This document shows, piece after piece, positions 57,423-64,000 of a DNA stretch of 64,000 nucleotides; the first letter of the stretch is position 1, and every line of letters starts with the position of its first letter. The DNA is from Candidatus Campbellbacteria bacterium (GTDB taxonomy: Bacteria; Patescibacteriota; Minisyncoccia; Phycocordibacterales; JABAAK01). The notes beneath the pieces are model-generated. The model did no database searches. It saw only the letters and a program-made list of their open reading frames with translations, and had not been told where the DNA came from. The translations under genes and the position numbers were made by a program. The stretch is taken from assembly GCA_028817035.1 (NCBI GenBank), contig JAPPQH010000015.1:1895-65894 (forward strand), written 5' to 3'.

Positions 57423-57964
57423 GTAAACAAACATCAACAGGAGAAAAAAACTGGTACGCAGTTCACACATATTCGGGCTATGAAGAATCCGTTATGCGCA
57501 ACCTAAAACAAAGAGTAGTAACCTTAGGCATGGAGAACCGTATTTTTGATGTCATTGTTCCAACAGAAAAATGTGTAAAAATAAAAGGAGGAAAACGAAC
57601 AGAAGTAACAGAAAAAATTTATCCAGGATATGTTTTGGTAAACATGATAGTTGATGACGAAACATGGTACACCGTGAGAAACACACCAAGAGTAACAGGA
57701 TTTGTCGGTGTCGGAACAAGCCCAGTCCCACTCTCTGAAGAAGAATCAAAAAAAATATTCTCAAGGATGGAACAAACAACACCAATGTATGAAACTGATT
57801 TTACAGAAGGTGATATGGTAGTTGTTATTGACGGACCGTTCAAAGACCTTGAAGGCCGCATAGGAAGTGTGAATCACGAAGAAGGAAAGGTCAAAGTATA
57901 TGTGCCTATGTTTGGAAGAGAAACCGGCATTGAACTTGATTTTCTTCAGATAAGACGAGTATAA
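57419..57964 (+). CDS. nusG: transcription factor NusG
   Basis: WYAVHTYSGYE, YPGYVLV, TPRVTGFVG, MFGRET. Confidence 0.97.
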   Translation: MSKQTSTGEKNWYAVHTYSGYEESVMRNLKQRVVTLGMENRIFDVIVPTEKCVKIKGGKRTEVTEKIYPGYVLVNMIVDDETWYTVRNTPRVTGFVGVGTSPVPLSEEESKKIFSRMEQTTPMYETDFTEGDMVVVIDGPFKDLEGRIGSVNHEEGKVKVYVPMFGRETGIELDFLQIRRV

Positions 57965-57971
57965 AATAAAT

Positions 57972-58394
57972 ATGAAAAAAGTTATAAGACAAGTAAAAAT
58001 TCAACTTGAAGGGGGAAAAGCAACCGCAGGACCCCCAGCAGCAACCGTTCTGGGACCCCTTGGAATAAACATAGGGGAATTCATAACGAAATTTAATGAA
58101 GCAACCAAAGAATCAATGGGCGAGGTTATCCCTGTTGTATTAAGCATTTATGACGACAGAAGCTTTACCTTCATAACAAAAATATCTCCCGTCTCCCGAT
58201 TGCTATTAAAAGAAATAGGAAAAGACAAAGGCTCAGGAAAAAACCTTGTCACAAAGGCAGGAAGGATAACAAAAGAACAAGTGAAAAAGATAGCAGAGAA
58301 AAAAATGGAAGACCTAAACACAAAAGACATTGAAGCCGCATCAAAAATAGTAGAAGGAACAGCAAGATCAATGGGCATTGAAGTCAGCAATTAA
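57972..58394 (+). CDS. rplK: 50S ribosomal protein L11
   Basis: GKATAGPP, GTARSMGI. Confidence 0.97.
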   Translation: MKKVIRQVKIQLEGGKATAGPPAATVLGPLGINIGEFITKFNEATKESMGEVIPVVLSIYDDRSFTFITKISPVSRLLLKEIGKDKGSGKNLVTKAGRITKEQVKKIAEKKMEDLNTKDIEAASKIVEGTARSMGIEVSN

Positions 58395-58422
58395 AACGAC
58401 TGAAATGGCAGCAAAAACAAAA

Positions 58423-59472
58423 TCACTCAACCATACCCAACTTGTCCTCAACCTTCTTCCTTATCTCATCCGCCAACTTTTTATCCTCACTAAGACACTT
58501 TCTCGCAGCATCATAGCCCCTCCCAAGCTTTTTCTTACCATACGCATATGAACCAACCTTTCCCTTCGTTATAATCTTGTATTTCTCACCAAGCGCAAGC
58601 AACTCTCCCTCCTTTGTTATACCCTCGTTATACAAAAGATCAAACTCAGCAAGACGATGGGGAGGTGCAACCTTATTCTTTACAACCTTAACACGAACAC
58701 GACCACCCATAACCTCATCACCCTTTTTAATCTGTGCTATACGGCGTATATCCAAACGGACAGAAGAAAAGAACTTTAACGCCTTACCACCTGGCGTTGT
58801 TTCAGGACTTCCAAAACCCATTGACCCTATATTCATCCTTATCTGGTTTATGAAAATAATAACCGTCTTTGACCTTGAAACAATAGCAGTCAACTTCCTT
58901 AACGCCTTCGCCATCAACCTCGCCTGCAAACCAATCTGCATACTATCCATATCACCCTCAATCTCAGCCTTCGGAGTCAGTGCCGCAACAGAGTCAACAA
59001 CAATAACATCAACACCACCCGACCTAACCAAACTATCAGTTATATCAAGCGCCTCCTCACCAGTGCTTGGTTGAGTAAACAAAAGTTCCTCCAAATTAAC
59101 ACCAATCTTTTTTGAATACTTTGTATCAAGCGCATGCTCAGCATCAACAAACGCCGCAACACCACCCTGCTTCTGCGCCTCCGCAATAGTATGAAGTGCA
59201 AGCGTAGTCTTTCCTGATGACTCAGGTCCATATATCTCAATTATCCTTCCTCTCGGAATACCACCAACACCCAAAACAGCATTCAAACCGATAGACCCCG
59301 TAGGAATAACTTCTATATCCAACTTCGGTCTCTCAGACAAAGTCATTATCGCATCCTCACCAAACTTTGTTTTTATTTCATCTATAGTATCAGAAATATT
59401 TTTTTTAGACACGCCACCACCAACACCGACACTTTTCTTTTTACCACCCTTACTCTTACTCTTTTTAAGCAT
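58423..59472 (-). CDS. recA: recombinase RecA
   Basis: [22 protein letters not shown]. Confidence 0.98.
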   Translation of the reverse strand: MLKKSKSKGGKKKSVGVGGGVSKKNISDTIDEIKTKFGEDAIMTLSERPKLDIEVIPTGSIGLNAVLGVGGIPRGRIIEIYGPESSGKTTLALHTIAEAQKQGGVAAFVDAEHALDTKYSKKIGVNLEELLFTQPSTGEEALDITDSLVRSGGVDVIVVDSVAALTPKAEIEGDMDSMQIGLQARLMAKALRKLTAIVSRSKTVIIFINQIRMNIGSMGFGSPETTPGGKALKFFSSVRLDIRRIAQIKKGDEVMGGRVRVKVVKNKVAPPHRLAEFDLLYNEGITKEGELLALGEKYKIITKGKVGSYAYGKKKLGRGYDAARKCLSEDKKLADEIRKKVEDKLGMVE

Positions 59473-59497
59473 ATACCTTACTCTATTATATTTATTA

Positions 59498-59845
59498 CTA
59501 TTCTACAACAATAATCTCAATCGCCTCATTCCTAACCCTCCCATCTGGAGAAGTCGCCTTAAGATTAATAACATTATAACCGACAGGAAAGGCAATCCTT
59601 TCACGAAACTCCATCTCAGGTGTTATGAAAATCGCCCTCCCATTAAGCAGAATCTCACTTGTAAATGAAACATCACCCTCAACAACAACAGGCGAAACAA
59701 CCTCCGCTCCACGCACAGGACTCTCAACATTAATCACAGGACCCGCCCTAAAAACACGAGAATTCCAAAGCAAATACGCCACTATCAAAATCGCAAGTAT
59801 TAGCGAAAACAGAATACCACCCGCCCTCCTTTTTGTCCTTACCAT
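59498..59845 (-). CDS. membrane-anchored Ig-like domain protein
   Basis: N-terminal TM; GP.I.V.SP...LNGR...G.N.I...A pattern. Confidence 0.7.
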   Translation of the reverse strand: MVRTKRRAGGILFSLILAILIVAYLLWNSRVFRAGPVINVESPVRGAEVVSPVVVEGDVSFTSEILLNGRAIFITPEMEFRERIAFPVGYNVINLKATSPDGRVRNEAIEIIVVE

Positions 59846-59955
59846 ATAGGCGTTATTTTACACCATATTACGAAAAATAGGGAGAAATGAAAGACCACCC
59901 AATCCCAGCTCCTTAAATATATTGATTTTTTGTATATCATATGATATAAATATTA

Positions 59956-60061
59956 GTAGGCATCAGACTGTTGTGGAGCCCCAAGCTTATGCCGGGTAAG
60001 TGTCGTTTTTTCGGCACCGAAACAACAGCAGCTTAGAAAAAGATCCGTAGGGGTCTTTTTT
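59956..60061 (+). ncRNA. candidate pseudoknotted ncRNA associated with the DUF3800 gene
   Basis: promoter TTGATT-17-TATAAA (59922-59950); stems CTGTTGT/ACAACAG, GGCAT/ATGCC, AAGCT/AGCTT, GTGTCG/CGGCAC; terminator 60037-60061. Confidence 0.65.
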
Positions 60062-60073
60062 GTTTGTAAGTAT

Positions 60074-60751
60074 TTACTTAGTGGACCTAATTCTTCTTGG
60101 ATATTCCCAAACATCTAATATTTTTGGTTTTATATAATTCTTATAAAGTCCTACAGAACCATTGTATTCATATTTTGTAAAAACTATATTAGCAATCAAG
60201 TCTGCCAATTGAATGCCATAGCATTTCTTAGAATTTTTATATTTTACTAAGATACTTTCACAACAATGATTATCATTGTGTATTGATTCAACATTAATAT
60301 ATTCCTCCAACGAATATTTTGATCCAGTTTTTAGGTTTCTATTATCAATACAAACCTCAACTGATTTTGTTGATATTTTTCTTGTGATTTTTTCTTGGAA
60401 TAATCTATTAAGGGTATAGTTAAAAGCCAACTCTTTAATACTATCTGAGTTTATATATTTTTCTTTATAATATTGTGCTGCAGTATCAATAATGCCAAGC
60501 CAAATGTTAAAATCTATTCCTTTACTATCTATCTCACTCAATATTCTCTTTTTCAGGGCATAATTCATATCAGATCCTTTTATCTCCCCCAAGGTTTTTA
60601 AAGTAGAATTATTCTTTATAACCTTCTTTGCTAAATTTTTCCAGCTTTTATAATGTCTTCTTGAAGAAAAATAAATAACTGGAAATACAAAATATCTGCC
60701 ACCCCTTCCTAAATTTCCACTTTCATCAATATAAAGCCTCTCTATTTCCAT
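60074..60751 (-). CDS. DUF3800 domain protein (RNase H-like fold)
   Basis: N-terminal YIDESG and C-terminal GIQLAD family motifs. Confidence 0.88.
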   Translation of the reverse strand: MEIERLYIDESGNLGRGGRYFVFPVIYFSSRRHYKSWKNLAKKVIKNNSTLKTLGEIKGSDMNYALKKRILSEIDSKGIDFNIWLGIIDTAAQYYKEKYINSDSIKELAFNYTLNRLFQEKITRKISTKSVEVCIDNRNLKTGSKYSLEEYINVESIHNDNHCCESILVKYKNSKKCYGIQLADLIANIVFTKYEYNGSVGLYKNYIKPKILDVWEYPRRIRSTK

Positions 60752-60806
60752 ATCGCCTTATTTTACACCATATTACGAAAAATAGGGAGAAATGAAAGAC
60801 CACCCC

Positions 60807-63047
60807 CTACTCCTTATCAGCCAAAATCTCCCTCGGCTTTGACCCCTGCTGAGGCCCTATAACCCCCCTATCCTCCAACATATCCATCAACCTCGCAGCC
60901 CGCGAATAACCAACCTTAAGCCGCCTTTGCAAAAGAGAAGTAGAAGCCTTTCCCGCACTTACAACAACCTCCCTCGCATCATTATACAAATCATCCTCAT
61001 CATCACCCCCACCATCACCAAAACCACCAAGACCAGCACCACCACCACCACCACCACTACCACCACCCTCAACATCATCAGCAACCATTATATCGCTTAT
61101 AGCCGCATCATTATTCTTCACTATATTACTCACAACACTCTTAACCTCCGCCTCCCTCACATACGCCGCCTGCAACCTCTCCGACTTCGCCATCTCACCA
61201 GATATAAAAAGCAAATCACCAGCACCCAACAACTTCTCAGCACCAGCACTATCAATAATAGTCCGCGAATCTATCTGCGAAGAAACCTGCAACGCAATCC
61301 TTGACGGAATATTAGCCTTTATCAACCCAGTTATAACATTTACAGAAGGCCTTTGCGTAGAAAGTATTATATGTATCCCAACCGCCCTACTCATCTGCGC
61401 CAAACGGACAATAGCACCCTCAAGCTCCCTCGGATACGCCTGCATAAGATCCGCCAACTCATCCACCACCACAACCACATACGGCAAAATCTTACCCCTC
61501 TTAGAAGAATTATAAGAAGCAATATCCCTCGCCTTAGCACTCTGCAAAACATCATACCTCCTCTCCATCTCCTTTGTCGCCCAAATCAAAGAAGCAACCG
61601 CCTTCTTAGGAGAAGTAATAACATCAGTAAGCAAATGAGGAATACCATCATACAAAGTAAGCTCAACCCTCTTAGGATCAACCAAAATAAACCTAAGCTC
61701 CTTCGGCGAATGCCTATACAACAAAGAAAGCAATATATTATGTATAACAACCGACTTCCCAGACCCAGTAGTCCCCGCCACCAATATATGAGGCATCTTC
61801 GCCACACTAACAATCTTAGTCCCACCCTCAATATCCTTACCCACAACTATAGGCAAAGGATCACCAAACGCCTTAAACTTCTCAGAAGCAATCATAGAAC
61901 CAAGCCCAACAGTCGCCTTCTTCGTATTTGGCACCTCAATACCAACCAAAGACCTACCAGGAATAGGCGCCTCAATACGGACAGGATGAGCCGCCAAAGT
62001 CAGCTCCAAATTATTCTGCAACGCCAAAATTTTTGAAAGACGAACCCCCTCAGCAGGCTTCAACGCAAACCTTGTAATAGACGGACCCACAGAAACCTCC
62101 TCAACATCAATATCAATACCAAAATTATCAAAAGTCCTCACCAAAGTATTCGCCTGCGCCTTAATATCACCACCAGACGAAGCACCCTTATCAGTCTTAA
62201 GCAAAGACAAAGGAGGGAAATTATACGGCGCATCCGAAACCTCAATCTCAGACAAAACAGGAGTCCTCACAGGCGCACCACCACCACCATCACCATCACC
62301 AGCACCCTCTTCCTCCTCATCACCCTCCTCATCACCCTCCTCAACATCATCCTCCTCATCCTCACCTTCCTCCTCATCACCCTCACCCTCAACATCCTCC
62401 TCCTCACCCTCACCCAACTCCTCACCATCTTCCTCATCCTCATCCTCATCACCATCACCACCAATAACCTTAAAATCCTCCGCCCTCTCCTTCTTATTCT
62501 TCCAATCAGTAACATACGCAGCAAGCGTAGGATAAAGCATAACAATAAAACCAGTAATAAAAACAACCAACAAAATAGGCAACGCAAAATAAAGTTCAAA
62601 CAAATACACCAACAAGTTTGCAATACCACCACCAACAACACCACCAACAAAAGGACCAACCAAAAGCGAAAGCAAACCTATAAAAGAAACAAACGCAACC
62701 ACACCACCAACAACACAACGAACTGAAAAAAACTTTGAAGTCTCCTGCTTAGCAATAACATAAATAAAAAACGCAATTATAAAAACCAAAACCCAATAAC
62801 CCTTACCAAACGCACTATCAAGAAAAGAAAAAGAAAACTCACCAACAGGACCCGCCCTACCAAACGCAGCCAAAACCAAAAAAATTAAAACAAGAGTAAG
62901 AACAATAGAACTAATAACCGCCCTCTCAGCATCAGAAAGAGAATTAATAGATTGTTTAATCAAATTACAACAACCACCACAAAACCTACACACAAAACCC
63001 ACCAACCCAGAACCAGATTTATTGGTATTTTTCCTTGACCGTCTCAT
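60807..63047 (-). CDS. ftsK: DNA translocase FtsK/SpoIIIE
   Basis: 4TM N-terminus, AGTTGSGKS, VVVDELAD, STQRPSV, gamma-domain LQRRLKVGYSRAARL. Confidence 0.97.
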   Translation of the reverse strand: MRRSRKNTNKSGSGLVGFVCRFCGGCCNLIKQSINSLSDAERAVISSIVLTLVLIFLVLAAFGRAGPVGEFSFSFLDSAFGKGYWVLVFIIAFFIYVIAKQETSKFFSVRCVVGGVVAFVSFIGLLSLLVGPFVGGVVGGGIANLLVYLFELYFALPILLVVFITGFIVMLYPTLAAYVTDWKNKKERAEDFKVIGGDGDEDEDEEDGEELGEGEEEDVEGEGDEEEGEDEEDDVEEGDEEGDEEEEGAGDGDGGGGAPVRTPVLSEIEVSDAPYNFPPLSLLKTDKGASSGGDIKAQANTLVRTFDNFGIDIDVEEVSVGPSITRFALKPAEGVRLSKILALQNNLELTLAAHPVRIEAPIPGRSLVGIEVPNTKKATVGLGSMIASEKFKAFGDPLPIVVGKDIEGGTKIVSVAKMPHILVAGTTGSGKSVVIHNILLSLLYRHSPKELRFILVDPKRVELTLYDGIPHLLTDVITSPKKAVASLIWATKEMERRYDVLQSAKARDIASYNSSKRGKILPYVVVVVDELADLMQAYPRELEGAIVRLAQMSRAVGIHIILSTQRPSVNVITGLIKANIPSRIALQVSSQIDSRTIIDSAGAEKLLGAGDLLFISGEMAKSERLQAAYVREAEVKSVVSNIVKNNDAAISDIMVADDVEGGGSGGGGGGAGLGGFGDGGGDDEDDLYNDAREVVVSAGKASTSLLQRRLKVGYSRAARLMDMLEDRGVIGPQQGSKPREILADKE

Positions 63048-63343
63048 ATATACTATAAAAATTATGATAACACGAAAATGGCGATATATTGTGTATATAG
63101 TCAATAAATAAAGGTATTTTCCACAACCACAAGACAAACCGAACTATATATGCTATAAAATAACACTAAGGGTACTCATACTCATTTTTTTATGGGTTTG
63201 CGTTCCCATCCTTAGAGTTATGTTTTTTAAATATAAAACTAAGGAAGACTTGATTAGTAGTTGTGTTTTGAAAATTTATTTTCAAAAAAAATAAATTTTT
63301 ATTTCACATCTTAAAACTTAACAAGTAACAGTCATAATCGATT

Positions 63344-64000
63344 ATGAATATTACAACAAGTAAAGAAATGAAGCGGATAGTTTTAGGAGCTGTTCTTTCT
63401 TTTGTGCTCGTTGCATCACTTTTTGCGGTTGCGCCAGTCGCACACGCGCAAAGTGAAGCAGAGCTTCAAAAACAAATAGCAGACCTTCTTAAGCAAATTC
63501 AAAGTTTGCAAGGTCAGCTTGGTCAGAGCGGTTCAGGTCCGGTTGCGTCTTCTTCTTCGGTGTGTCCAAACACTTGGACTCGCAACCTAACTTTTGGTTC
63601 CGTAGGTGAAGATGTAAGAAAACTACAACAGTTCTTAAATGATGACCCCGACACGAGAGTTGCAACAACAGGAGTTGGTTCAGCAGGAAGTGAAACCACT
63701 TTCTACGGATCACTCTTAACAAGTGCAGTCACTCGTTTTCAGGAAAAATACGCAAGCAGCGTATTGACACCTATAGGGCTCACACAAGGAACTGGAGGCT
63801 TCTACACAAGAACCAGAGATCACGCAAACTCACTTTGCTCAACAACAGTTGAAAGAAGTGGTAGTAGAAGGAGCATAGACACCGAAAGTGTCACTCCATC
63901 AGCTGACTCTGTAAGGGTTACCGAGGGTAACCACCCAACAAACGGTATAGCAGTCCAAGGCGCACTTCGTGTTCCTTTCACTGTCTTCTCACTAACAGCG
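63344..64000 (+). CDS. secreted peptidoglycan-binding cell-surface protein, truncated by the window end
   Basis: signal peptide ...AHA/Q, coiled coil, WTRNLTFGSVGEDVRKLQQFLN...AVTRFQEKY. Confidence 0.85.
   Translation, partial: MNITTSKEMKRIVLGAVLSFVLVASLFAVAPVAHAQSEAELQKQIADLLKQIQSLQGQLGQSGSGPVASSSSVCPNTWTRNLTFGSVGEDVRKLQQFLNDDPDTRVATTGVGSAGSETTFYGSLLTSAVTRFQEKYASSVLTPIGLTQGTGGFYTRTRDHANSLCSTTVERSGSRRSIDTESVTPSADSVRVTEGNHPTNGIAVQGALRVPFTVFSLTA

Larger units (their letters stand above)
59853..60805. repeat. 48-bp perfect direct repeat (59853-59900 and 60758-60805) bounding the DUF3800 cassette
   Basis: TTATTTTACACCATATTACGAAAAATAGGGAGAAATGAAAGACCACCC occurs twice. Confidence 0.9.

Noticed and set aside
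60927-62659. Long alternative-frame ORFs over ftsK
   Set aside because: A by-product of extreme strand skew removing stop codons
63170-63300. Riboswitch upstream of the surface protein gene
   Set aside because: Only AT-rich imperfect hairpins and no recognisable aptamer; probably a stabilising 5' UTR
1-64000. Alternative genetic code (UGA=Gly)
   Set aside because: Conserved genes such as fusA, rplV, rplN and ndk end at TGA at the expected lengths

Overview
Genomic DNA of a Patescibacteria (CPR) Parcubacteria-type bacterium using code 11. The assignment is inferred from several features: core genes without Shine-Dalgarno (SD) sequences, a short trigger factor, no rpmD in the spc operon, no rplA after rplK, and a CPR-type peptidoglycan-binding surface protein. 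Most of the window is housekeeping: str/S10/spc ribosomal operons, tuf, fusA, secY, adk, map, ndk, infC-rpmI-rplT, secE-nusG-rplK, recA, ftsK, nusA, clpP, tig, tpiA, pgk, recJ, rnhA and comEC, plus three tRNAs and five perfect parS sites interleaved with DnaA-box matches at 4.1-4.3 kb. The main unusual signals are: (1) a tandem array of four apparently non-coding, highly structured transcription units at 2992-3909, each with its own 17-bp-spaced sigma70 promoter and two of them paralogous with anti-SD CCUCCUU motifs; (2) a DUF3800 RNase H-fold gene facing a double-pseudoknot ncRNA, the pair bounded by 48-bp direct repeats (59853-60805); (3) a 7.3-kb island splitting the spc operon, with two TA modules, duplicated promoters and an atypical S14; (4) a vWA / small ORF / MoxR-AAA module with a 48-bp tandem-repeat linker; (5) a recurring integrase-free insertion pattern in which 17-61 bp of promoter or tRNA sequence is duplicated. 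All RNA structures were paired by eye and family assignments come from motif recognition, not database searches.
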